Origin: Amphiscolops sp. MND2022 | Lineage: Eukaryota | DNA length: 64,000 bases | NCBI GenBank assembly: GCA_964187785.1 | Contig: OZ076409.1 | Coordinates: forward strand, 12,960,001-13,024,000 | Direction of reading: 5' to 3' | Part shown: in pieces, positions 51,040 to 62,500 of the stretch | How positions within the stretch are numbered: the first letter of the stretch is position 1 | Layout of the letters: each line of letters opens with the position of its first letter | Notes under the pieces: generated by a model | The model's database searches: none | Told to the model about the DNA's origin: nothing | The model's input: the letters and a program-made list of their open reading frames with translations, nothing else | Made by a program: the position numbers and the translations under genes

Positions 51040-52280
51040 CCGTGAACACTTTTCGATTATATGTGATATTGAAAGCAAGAAAACAAACTGCAGCTATCCA
51101 CAAACTGTCATACGATGAAGTACTAGGGAAAGCTGATGAGAAAACGAAGAGACACATGGAACTACTGCAAGCAAAAGGAACCTCAACATGGCTAAGATCT
51201 CTACCATCCAAACAACAAGGAATGTACTTCAACAGAGAAGAGTTCAATGATGCAATCCATTCAAGATATGACTGGACTATTAACGACCTACCACGCCTTT
51301 GCGAATGCGGAAAGGAGAATAGCAACTATCACGCATTGAATTGCCAACTTGGCGGATTTGTCATCCACAACGCTAAACGTGATCTCGAGCGTATCGAACG
51401 TATGCAAAGACGTTGAAATTGAACCGGCTCTGATACCTTCAAACTCATATTCTCTCCCATGCAGCTAATACAGATGAAAATTCGAGACTGGACGTATCCT
51501 GCCGAAGTTTCTGGCGGCCCCTTCAGAAATCTTTCTTCGACGTCAGAGTAACACATCCAAATTGTCCCAGTCACATGAACAAGCCTCAGAAAACAATACT
51601 GAAACGAAACGAAACAATTAAAAGGACCCAATATAATGAACGTGTTCGTGAAATTGAAAACGCTAGTTTCACCCCACTCGTTTTTAGCACTAACGGTGCT
51701 ACAGGTGAAGATGCAACTCATTTTCATAAAGTTCTGGCCGAAAAATTGAGTGAAAGAACTAAATCCTCATACGTCGAAGCGATCACGTTTATCCGAAAGC
51801 GGATCTCCTTCACCATCATTCGTATAGCGCTCATAGCTTTGAGAGGCAAAAGGAAAAATATCATGAGGACCACACCAATCAATGAATGTGACATCAACCT
51901 CATGGCCAGCACCCTCTAACATGAAATTTGAATCGATCATCTCAGCAGAAGAAACATCCGCTATATTAAAAGAAAACCAAAGAGATCAGGAAGTAGTTCT
52001 GAGTTTCAATATTCAACTGTTATTGCTTCAAGCCCAAGCCACGAGACCTGGAGACGTTCTCCAGCCTAAATCTATCCGGAATAGTCGCAGAATCTATCCA
52101 GAATTCTATCCAGATTTTCATCAGACATTATCATTATAACATTTGAAATCGAATTTGTGTTTGATCTTTGATTCCGGATCTAGTTGGATTTTGTCTCAAC
52201 TTACTTAATTCAAGTTTTACTATTTAAAAATTATATGTGATATACATGTAGATGAGAATGTTGCTGTTGTTGAAATAAAC
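51040..52280 (+). mobile_element. CRE-clade (RLE-type) non-LTR retrotransposon, 3' fragment
   Basis: TSTWLRSLP...EFNDAIHSRY...CECG...HALNCQLGG (CCHC), then SRLDVSCRSFW...FFDVRV and FTPLVFSTNG...IRKRISF..IR...IALRG (restriction-like endonuclease). Frameshifted; AATAAA at about 52274. Confidence 0.85.
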
Positions 52281-52416
52281 AAGTGTTTGTGAAACTCTGG
52301 TTTTTTCGAAAAACGTTTCTGTGGCTATCAGTGAGGAAAGGCTTTTTCAGCCGAGACGTCAGAATTTAGCATTTTCGAAAGTTAGAATAAAATTAGTTAC
52401 CACTCTTACGACATCC

Positions 52417-52700
52417 TTTTTTGGTTTTTACTCGGTGCTTTTAGTTGGCTAAAACCGCCAGACTATTAGTAACTTTTTCAGACGTAAATGCGACGAAACG
52501 GTTAGGGCGGCCGATGTGAAATCTTTTAGCATCAGAACTAAAGTGTGCTTGGTCCCCTTTGTTTTTTGGCAATGTGCAAATTTTTCTGAAAATTTTCTAA
52601 TTTCACCTGATGGTCCGCTTAGTCTTTAGTTTATTTTCAGTAAGGAAAAAGCCTTTTTATGCCCAAAAAGTGATTTTTGGCAATGTGAGATACTCGGAAT
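52417..52700 (+). mobile_element. Degenerate HINE family 1 5' fragment
   Basis: TTTTACTCGGTGCTTTT...CCAGACTATTA, followed by a GGTCCCCTTT..TTTTTGGCAATGTG body motif. Confidence 0.4.
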
Positions 52701-53651
52701 TTCCATGAAACAGCTTTCCACCAATGAAAGACTAGGCACTTTAAGTCTTCAGCTGCGTGCCTACTCGAGACAATCTCGTCTCGTTTACAACTGAGATTGT
52801 TAGCAATTGAAAAACAGTTCCTTAAAGCTTTGAAGCAGTTTGGGCATCGATCGGGGTGGCGACTCAGCCGTTCCAGGCTTGTTATATTTTGATGTGAAAA
52901 AAACTCCTGGATCTCATTTAAAACCCGTCTTTCGTTCAATCCTCCTCTTTAAACTTTTTATGAATCATTTATTTAGGGGCGCGAATAAAATTCAATGTAC
53001 CAAGATACGGAATGAGACCTTGGTTTTAGAAGTTATTCCCATTTGTCATTTATTTCTAGTAACGAAGTATTTATTGTCAAGCTTGTTCATTATATCACTC
53101 CGTCCAGACGAATTTGCATAGTTATGGTGTTCATCAGAATTGGATTGTCATCATCAATCCGTTTAAATAAAACGCTTCTTTATTCATAATGTCCCCCAGC
53201 CCGGGCGGCAGACAAAAAAATCCAACCAACATAGGAAACATAAAAAAATAGGAAACGAGATCATGCAAGCAGAGAGTTCAATGGACCCAGGACAAATCTC
53301 AATTCAGAAACTCAATGAGGCACGTAAAATGGTAACGATTATAAAGCAAAGAAGACATATATTTCTTGTTAAAACAAAACGGACATTAAAGGCAAATTTA
53401 CAAGTAGTAAAGTTCGCTTAAGTGGTCTTCGTCCCGAACTGTTCCAACTACACTGGCCGCATTGCCTGCCTGGATTGCGAGTCATTGCCTGAAAAACGAC
53501 CCGACTTTATTTCACTGGTTGCACACGCACAATTTTTTACCGAGGTTTATCAAGAAAGTGGACGTGGAAGATCCGACACCTCCCTGAATTTCAAAGCCTA
53601 AGGGTTGGAAGATGTATCCTTTGTCAGTCGAACAAACAGCTACGTGGAATC

Positions 53652-53997
53652 GGGTGGGCGGAAATAGGTCGAAGGAGCGGGATCGAAAAGCAAAGTTAGT
53701 CCTCAAGTCGACATACCAAATTGTTGAATGAGATCGAAACTCGGATCCAAATTTTTATAACGTAGTCAGATCTGTTCACATACCCCTAGTGCCCTGAATG
53801 CAGGAGCGAAGCGAAGCAGAGCGACGCGCCATATGGCCATGCCTCAATGTTGCTTTTTGGCGAAGGGAGCGAAGCGACCGAGCCATACAACAAAAACGAT
53901 AAAATTCCACTGCATTCCATTCGATCACTGCAATTCGACCAGAAGATTCGACCTCTGTCCTTTCGACCAGAAAAATTCGACCTATTTACAGCCACCC
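53652..53997. mobile_element. Mutator-like MITE, TIR type A
   Basis: GGGTGGGCGGAAATAGGTCGAA...TTCGACCTATTTACAGCCACCC; same termini as 54875-55409 but a different centre. No TSD recognisable. Confidence 0.7.
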
Positions 53998-54005
53998 CCT
54001 GAGTT

Positions 54006-54450
54006 GGATTCCGGACGTTTCGGCAAAAGCATGGCGGCGGACGTTTCGGCAAAAAAAATGCCGAAACGTCTCAAGCTAAAAACATCTGCAGAAACGTTTC
54101 GTATGATATGTGGAGCATATCCGGTGTATGCTTCGCGATCTCCGTTCCCGCTAGGTCTGTGCTCCTGTTCGACCTCGCTTAGCGGGATGGGAATATAAGC
54201 GGCCCCAAGGGGCCGCGGGGCACTAGAGGAAATGGGGACATACCCGAGGCACGTTTTATGCTTTGCATCATTCCTACATTAATGGTCTTATCGTGTTTCT
54301 TCAATTCCAGAATTCTCCAAACTGGTGTTCTACAAACTGGACCTAACCGGTTTGTAGAAAACCAAATACAAAACCAAGATAATGCGGGACGTTTCGGCAT
54401 GAAAAATTTGCCGAAACGTCTCGAGTTTTTTTGCCGAAACGTCCTGTTCC
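54006..54450. mobile_element. Mutator-like MITE, TIR type B
   Basis: Repeated GGACGTTTCGGC / GCCGAAACGTC motifs at both ends; degenerate 9-bp TSD CCCTGAGTT / CCCGGGGTT. Confidence 0.65.
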
Positions 54451-54874
54451 CCCGGGGTTGGCAAGAGAACCGTTTTCTCTTCTGCTGGGGGCGAGAAGAT
54501 CGACACTAGTAACACCCCAAACTAATTGCTTGCTTCCTCCCAGGGCGCTAGGGTAAGTCCATATGGGCGCTTTCCGTCTGCTCGGGTCAGACCATATAGT
54601 TCCAAAAGTGAGGGAACTTTGATGGAGCTCAGTGCCTAGGTCACGTGAGTATCGAGGTTGTGGTGCCTCGAGAAGAAAAGACGAGATTTCGCTATATGCA
54701 GAGTGTGTATAGCTGTAAATCTCGCGACGTTCTCGAAAAACAGTTTCTAAGATTTTGTCACCTTTCAGCGAGTTAAAAACATTTTTGAAGTCCTTCTTTA
54801 GAATAACGTTTTCAGGAATCTGTTCGTTCTCAATGAGGTTTGGGAAAACATGTGCTGCGACTTCAGCTCCACGA

Positions 54875-55409
54875 GGGTAGGCGGAAATAGGTTGAAGGAA
54901 CAGAATCGAAAATCAGAAAAAATCCTCGGTTCGACATACCAAATTTTTGAATAGGATCGAAACAATTCGGATCGAAATTTTTATTTTTGGGAAACAAATC
55001 GAATTGCCGCAGATAGAATTTTCTAGAAAAGTATAAAATGTGTCTCGGATATGTCCCCATTTCCTCTAGTGCCCCGCGGCCCCTTGGGGCCGCTTATGTT
55101 CCCATCTTGCTAAGCGAGGTCGAACAGGAGCAAAGACCTAGCGGGAACGAAGATCGCGAAACAATCGTAGCGGGAGTTGGTCTTTGCGACGTTGAGGGCG
55201 AGCGTGCATACACAGCATATGCCTCATATTATGATAGTCAATCGACTTGAGGCAAACAAAGAATGTTTTCGACCCGTTCGATCAATTTCGACTGATCAAA
55301 GAAGGCTTCGATCAAGTTCCAGCGCATTCCATTCGATCCCTGCATTTCGATCAAAAGGTTCGACCTCTGTCCTTTTGACCAGAAAAATTCGGCCTATTTA
55401 CAGCCACCC
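54875..55409. mobile_element. Mutator-like MITE, TIR type A
   Basis: Perfect 9-bp TSD GCTCCACGA (54866-54874, 55410-55418); TIRs GGGTAGGCGGAAATAGG and CCTATTTACAGCCACCC. The empty site CAGCTCCACGACTT is visible in the paralogous segment at about 56376-56389. Confidence 0.85.
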
Positions 55410-58196
55410 GCTCCACGACTTAATCCGCAGCCGATCTGCGTACCATGGAAATCAATTCGTCGTTGGTCAGTCGCGAAGGTGCTCACACACTTTTACCGCA
55501 TTCGACGCAGGGTATTTCCAATAGCAATTGGTCGAAACCCGCTGTTTTTTTCTGAAGACTGATAAGTTTAGCACCAAGTAAAAAAGGTCTCAAACCGACA
55601 GGGACTTTGCCCTCTAAGACAATATTTAGTACGCTTGTTAGCGTCTGAAGGAACTTGTTGTCTATTGACCCGTTGCTCTTCGCGATAAAATCTTTGTACC
55701 ATTGGGGCACAAGTAGACTGAAGCAGTTCTTCAACAGGTAGAAACCACAGTGGTCGTCTAATTTCGTAACGACTTCAGAGAATCTTTGCAATTCAATCAT
55801 TTGTTTTGTTCAACAGGACTCGACGAGCATTTGCGCCCATTGGCGACGCTAAACTCTCCAAATTATCACGAACCTCTACTTTAATACCCGGGCAAATTTC
55901 ATCAAAAAGCGCTTCGATTCTCTTTTTTCAGCTTTCGGTACAATTTTCGAGGAAAATCAGCTAACATTTAGTTTTTTCGAGTGATAACCCATACTCGTCG
56001 GCGCTAACAATGATTAGTTTGAGGCCTTCAAGAACCGTCCGATAGTCATCCGAAAGATTCCCGTCGTCGAGGTACCAAACATTATATTGTTAAACCATTT
56101 GGTTACCGAGGTCTTGAATAGTGTCGGAGAAGACAGCTGGACCTTCGTGGTCCCCTAGATGACAACCCTTTTGCGATTGAAGAACTTTCTCCCCGAAGAA
56201 AAAGTGAGAGTTTCGCTATATGCAGAGTGCGTAGAAATGTAAATCTCGCGTCGTTTTCGAAAAACGGTGTCTAATGTTTTTTCACCTTTCAGCGAGTTCA
56301 AAACATTTTCGAAGTCCATCTTCAGAATAACGATTTCAGGATTTTGCTAGTTCTCAATGAGGTTTGCTGCGATTTCAGCTCCACGACTTGTACCTCTGCC
56401 GATCTGCGTACCATGGATTTCAATTCGTCGTTAGTCAGTCGCTAAGGAGCTCACACATTTTGAGTAAATTCGACGCAGGCTGTTTCCAATAGCAATTGGT
56501 CGAATTCTGTTGTCTCTTTTTTGAAGACCGATAAGTTTAGCACCAATTAAAACAGGTCTCAAACCGACAGGGACTTTGCCCTCTAAGACATTATTTAGTT
56601 CGCTTGTTAGCTTCTGGAGGAATTTGTTGCCTATGGACCCGTTGCTCTTCGCGATAAGATCTTTGTTTAATTGGGGCACAAGTAGACTTGGTTCTCAGGA
56701 TGACCCAGAGGGGAAGGAGATGATTGCCTTCGCTACGATGGGTTAAAGCGTAATAGGGCTATCTTCGACAACTTCTTGGGCATGATTTGGGACTCGAAGA
56801 GGATGTTTTGACTGACGTTTTTCGTAAGTGTTGTTGTTAAAGAGAGCTGCTGTTTCGTCAGACGCTGCTAGTCTTGATCCCGCGTGGGACGTTCCCCTCA
56901 TCGAGCTTGGTGGAGATCAACTTGATCTTTGTTTCGCATTCTTGTTTGAGTTTAGAGTTTAGAGGCCTCCATTTCACGCGAAGGGAAAAAGCCGCCAAGA
57001 GCAGCACCTTTGTTGACTCTCTCGCCTATGATACTCCCAAGATCAGATATCTGTGGTTTGTCAGACTGTTTTGGCTGTTTCATAATAGCATGGTGACAGC
57101 AATTAGAAAATCAACCGTAGGGGGCAGTTGAGCACCCGTAGCCACAACTTGGCAAGGTCTACAGAAAAAACTTCCTCCTCCTCCGACTGTTTTATTACCC
57201 ACACATTTGATAGGGCACCATTTACGGCATTTTGGACATTCTACCGAGAAACATCGGCCAGAGGGTTTACAACATCTTTGGGCGGAGCAGAAAATAAAAT
57301 TCTTCTCCGGGACATTTCTGAGAACCACTGATTTATGGCTTCAGGCACTGCACACTACACGTGTTACAATGCTCTATTTCAGAACGGAGACCAAACAACC
57401 AAAAACGAGGATAGGGACAAACAAGGGAAAACTGGGATGGAGTTGAAGAATGGCACCCAGAAGCCATTGAAAACGTGTGAGACTTGATTTGATAGAAAGA
57501 AGAAAAAAGAAAATTATTGAACTATTATACAAAAAACGCCAACAAACTTATCATACCAGCCACTATCCCATTAGACCGGTAGAAACAAAACCTTGAAATG
57601 ATGAAATGAAACACAAATGGAGTTATCTCACCGATTGTGATAGTTCTTTCAGCCCAAGTGCAGCGACAAACCAACAAAACAGAGTCAGAGATGTTGTCCA
57701 GTTGTCACAAATTCAAATCATTGCCATCTCTGAAGCTATTCAACTCAACAAACCCATCACAACAATTAGGCTAACCAGTTATAGATTTGGTTACTCTGTA
57801 AATATTGCATATTAAATTACTTAATATGAGGTAACGTGTGTCATTCTTACCGAAACAGTTCGAATTCAAAGTGGCCAATGTTCAGTAAACTTAACAAGGT
57901 TCTAAAATTTTGCGAGTTTTTGTACACTTGGAGTTCCAAAACCCACAGTTCTCATTTCATTAGAAGAGGAAATGTTTAACATCAGACCATTTGTTGTGAT
58001 AAATCTAATAAATAGTTTCAGAGAAATATCTACCACTGGAATCAGGCTCTGGACAATCGTCACACGCTGGTCTGTGGAACTGTTCTGCTGCTTTGTCATG
58101 CCTCTTTGGCCTCTAATCGTTAGTTCGTTCCTTTTTTTCTTGTTTCTTATCGTTTGGCACGCACCACTCTCAATACAAATTACGTAGTTTCCATAA

Positions 58197-59149
58197 TTGG
58201 CGCTAGTTCATTCTGCCGAATTCGTGATTCTACCCCTTACAAAATCAAAAAAAGTATTTGTTCGCAGCGGCTTTTCGGTACCAAGGCTTAGCTTTAAAGA
58301 TAAATCCATCAACCGTCTTAAAATTATTCATAACCTTCTTACTCGAGGATCTCTCAGTAAATTTAACAATATTATTTTGCACGACGTTATAAACAACTCA
58401 ATTTCGCCTCACAGAAGCAACAACTATCAGTCATGTTCAATCGACCAGCTAATCGAAAAACTCCTGCTTTTCAGGGACAGAATTAAAGTAATAGTTTACT
58501 GTTGTCGTCTGGGCAAAGGGGACGAATATGCAATCTATAACTTAGTTCGAAGTAAAATGGTCAACGAAAACGAGATCGAATCAATATTTTCAAATACCAA
58601 GCACTCTTATTAAGTGTTTGGCCGTCGGATATGGTCCCAGCTCCTCTAGTGCCCCGCAGCCCCTCGGGGCCGCTTATGTTCCCATTTTGCCGAGCGAGGT
58701 CGAACAGGAGCAAAGACATAGCGGGAACGTAGATCGCGACGCGATCGTAGTGGGAGCTGGTCTTTGCGACGGTGAGGGCGAGCGTACATACACTGTATAT
58801 GACCCATATTAGGTGAAGAAAAGTACCTAAACTTTTTAAACGCTCTGCAGGAGCAAAAACGTAGCAAAAACGGAACACTTCGATCTCAAAACGTTCAATC
58901 CATTTTTGATCTCGCTTTTCGCTCACACAAAATTTTGATCCAAAATACGCCACCACTGGGGACATCAGAAGGCTGTTAATCAGTTCACAGATCAACATCA
59001 TTGACTCTGTTAGAAAATTAGATTCTCATAAGATACGCAAAGACAGCACAATCCTGTCCGACTTGCAACAGGTGCATCCGTCAGCAATTCAAGCCCCTAT
59101 GTATAGTCTGGAATCACCGATATCACGTACAGAGGTTCAAACCAGATAA
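58197..59149 (+). pseudogene. Orphan ORF interrupted by an insertion, weakly SGNH-hydrolase-like
   Basis: SVPRLSF...IILHDVINNS...IVYCCRLGKGD continues in frame as IRRLL...QQVHPS (stop 59147-59149) once 58524-58963 is removed. Confidence 0.4.
58524..58963. mobile_element. Non-autonomous insertion carrying the shared structured cassette
   Basis: Flanked by direct repeat GGGGAC (58518-58523, 58958-58963). Right end TACGCCACCACTG resembles a CAGTGG-type TIR; 58620-58810 is homologous to 55040-55235 and 54101-54252. Confidence 0.6.
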
Positions 59150-59535
59150 AAAGATAAGGAAGAAACCGATTCAGAGAAAGAGAAAGAAGCTCCGACAACA
59201 AAGTGTCACAGTAGGTTAGTGATCTGTTTTTTTTCTTGGTCTTCGAAAACCTTAGTTGGTTGGGAGACCTTGAGGTTTGGCAGTGATCTGACATATTGCT
59301 ACCGAAAAACAGAAATCAGTCAGTCTCCGATGATTGTTGTCCTAAATGCTAAAGTATTGTTGAAGTATCTGAAGAGAATTCAATATGCTGCAACAGATGT
59401 GAATCGTGGTGGCAAGGATCTGGTGGGGGCCTTGATAGAAAGGACCTACCAATACTTTCAAAATATGCCGATGTTCATTGGTATTGCTCCAAATGCGTCT
59501 TCAGGGTCGTTCTTCTAACGTCTGGAAATCCTTGA

Positions 59536-62500
59536 ATGCCACAAATCTACAACAGAAGAAAGAGACTGAATTTCGAAAAACAGATAAAAAATAGGGAAAC
59601 CATGAAAAAGGACCTTTTACCCATCAAACTCAAGCTTGACAACCCAGCAACTCGACCAATCGAGAACTATGCGGTTAAAGCAAAAAACTATATGAAACGA
59701 AACTCAAACGAAAAGTACAACTGACACCAGAAGTGGAACAACACAGAACCGTGATCCTCGCAACATATTGCTCCTCAGGGCAAATCGGAGATCCAGAGAA
59801 AGTATCGAAATCAAAATAAGCGTTTGCTTTCATAAATGCAAACAAAAAATTGCTGTACGCCTTTATTACAGCGCGTGGTAGTAGATATCTTGAGTTCACA
59901 ACACCAGAGGAGGCTGACTGTGTTTTGCATGGTTGGAAGGCTGAGTTTTGTTAGGGCGACTCGTCGGTTTGGAAAGCTAGTGACAGGAAACAACCGCACA
60001 GAGCCGTATTACGGGGAGTTCCATTAGAAATATCCGACTCAGACAAGACATCAGATCTTACGAATAACTTTCAAAGTGTCGGAGTCAGACGATTTTGTCA
60101 AAAGCGATGGGAAATCACTGCGAACTATTAACATGACGTTTCCTACAAAAGCTCAGTTTGACGAAGCAACAGCCGACGGGTTTTTCATTGACCATTTGTA
60201 CTACTAACCAGTCGCATTCATAGAGCAAGGAATGCGAATAATCCGCTGCTAGCGATGTCAGTAGTTCGGACATGTCATTTCGAATATCCTTTTGAAAGCG
60301 TTACGCAAACCTGCTCCTGCGAGCTCTCTGTCGACAACTGAAAAGCAATCAACCTGCCAGGTGTGCCAATTGCAGCGGAAACCACGAAACTGATTCTTTT
60401 GACTGCCCAGGTTATATTAAACAGGTACAAACTGTTCATGAGGCGCGAGGTCTACTACCACCGACTTCGAGAAATCCAGTGTCAAAAATGATGGCTAACC
60501 CTTGCTTCAGCTTCTTGCCGATTTATATAGTTGGCATGAGTGATCATAGTAAAATAGCATTTAATCAATACCCACAACTAAAGCTCATATCATTTTCGTA
60601 GCCAAAATGCGCAAATCTATTTGACAATTTCACAATAATCAGCTGTCTGGGAGGAAGTTCTGGGGACGTCGCAGTATTGTTGAAAAATCACATCCCTTAC
60701 TCAAGACTTAATAAACTCGAGGACTCCTCGTTTGATAATGTTGTTTAGAGTGTTAGGCTGGCCGGAATTAAGGTATACTTCATATATCAGACCCGATGAC
60801 TTCTAGGGCTTGAGAAACACAATGAAAGTTATACAGAGTTGCAAAACCTATTTTGACAAAAATTGCCTGAATGGAGCTCTTTTTTCTGGTGACCTCTATG
60901 CGCGGCATACGTATTGGTTGGACAAATCGTGTAACTTCCTAGGCTACGAACTAGTTGTAATAACCGACCACTTCAGCATTGTCAATAAGGGTGGTCCTAC
61001 GTTTTCGGCAGCAAATGGCTCCGGTGTTATCGATCTTTCAATCTGTTATGGGCCACTGTTCGATAGATGTAAACACTCTCTGTCTTCAGGAGTTGAATTT
61101 TTTGCAGAACTGTTCACCGGTGCTCCAGTGAGGGGCTATGTTCCTGTTATTATGAGATTGAGACGAAGTAGCCACACTGAGAAAAGCAAGAAATTATGGA
61201 TTGAAAAAACTGATTGAACAAGGTTGGACATCTTTCATTGAGGGCCGAATAGACGATCTCATGGTTGTTGAGGTTGACACTGTTTTTCTTTGGTAGGAGT
61301 TCAAGAATCTGCTTCTTGAAGCTTCTTTTGGTCACATACCCGTTAAATGTGTTTCAAAACATGGCAAACCGTTCTGGAACTCAAATTTGACAGACGCGAG
61401 CAGTGAATTTTGATTTTTACGTGGAAAGTAAAAATCAAACTTTGAAAACGGACAAAAGCGTTTCGAAATTCTACTCAACAAAAGCGTAACTGAATAGATG
61501 GAAAACTATCTATCATCGCATGGGCATAAGAGAAGAAGAATGTTTTGGAAATTTTACAAAACATTACTCAACACTAAACATGAAGAAGTTGGTCTAATAC
61601 GCAGTAAGGAAGGGATGCTTTTATATGCTCCAAAGGAAATTAGCAAAGAATTTGAAACCACGTTCTTTGGAGGAGAACACCTGAAAAAGCAAAATTACAA
61701 CGATGAAATACAACTGCAGTTAGAAACTAAAACAAACCAACGAGGTGATGAGCCTGAACTGGATAATGAAGAATTTCAAGATGAATTTACTATCGATGAA
61801 ATGAAGAAATCAAGCAACACTAAATCTTCTAATATTGTTGGTCTCCATGTGACAAATGTGTCCATGATGAAGAATTTAGGCACTAAAGCACTCTTTTTCC
61901 GTTGACCATTTTCGATGCTTGCTGTGAATATCTAGTCTGGCCATTGACGGAGTCACGAGTCGTCTTCATACACAAACCAAACAAAGAAAGATATGACGAA
62001 TGGTCTTCATATCGACCACTCTCAATCGCCAGTCATATTGGCAAAACGCTCGAATAGAAACTTGCAACTAAAATCAAATCACATCTCGAAGTGGATGGAC
62101 TGCTTGGGGACGAACAGGGTTTCAGATAAAAAACACCACTCGACCGCTCTAGAGACACTACAAACGAATTCCTCAGTAATCAAGCAATTTCAAGTTTGCA
62201 GACGATAGTTCTTTCATTGTCACTGCGAAAGATCCGTCAGAGTTATCTGCCATCCTTCAAAAACTTGTTCCGACGTCGAGAAAAGGTGTGTATTGGAGAA
62301 TGTTATTGAACGGTAGAAAAATTGAGTTAGTCTTTTTCAACTGCGACGGAAATGATTTCGAACTCCCGTCCGTCAATGTTGATAAATGACAAATATCAAG
62401 TTTAAAAAACAACAAAGTCTCTCGGAGTAATTATTGATAGCAAACTCAACTACCGGAATTGTCTACTAAAACAATCGAGAAAGCAAAGCGAAATTGGAAT

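Larger units (their letters stand above)
53170..57450 (-). mobile_element. Second CRE-clade non-LTR retrotransposon, rearranged and interrupted by three MITEs
   Basis: Minus strand: PHD-like Cys cluster (57080-57328); RT motifs AIISFPSGS, IRPIAIGNSLRR, ILKMDF, GD..GP and WYLDDG (about 56060-56080); RLE SRH...RADGKRP.GLTLAPW (about 54500-54672); C-terminus FQPLGFE..G...IQAGNAASVVGT (53430-53620). Outer limits approximate. Confidence 0.88.

Noticed and set aside
58620..58700. HDV-like ribozyme, because GGCCGTCGGATATGGTCCCAGCTCCTC resembles the start of the genomic HDV ribozyme
   Set aside because: There is no P1 3' complement or downstream TGGGAC-type P2 strand, and the two paralogous cassettes do not keep the resemblance.
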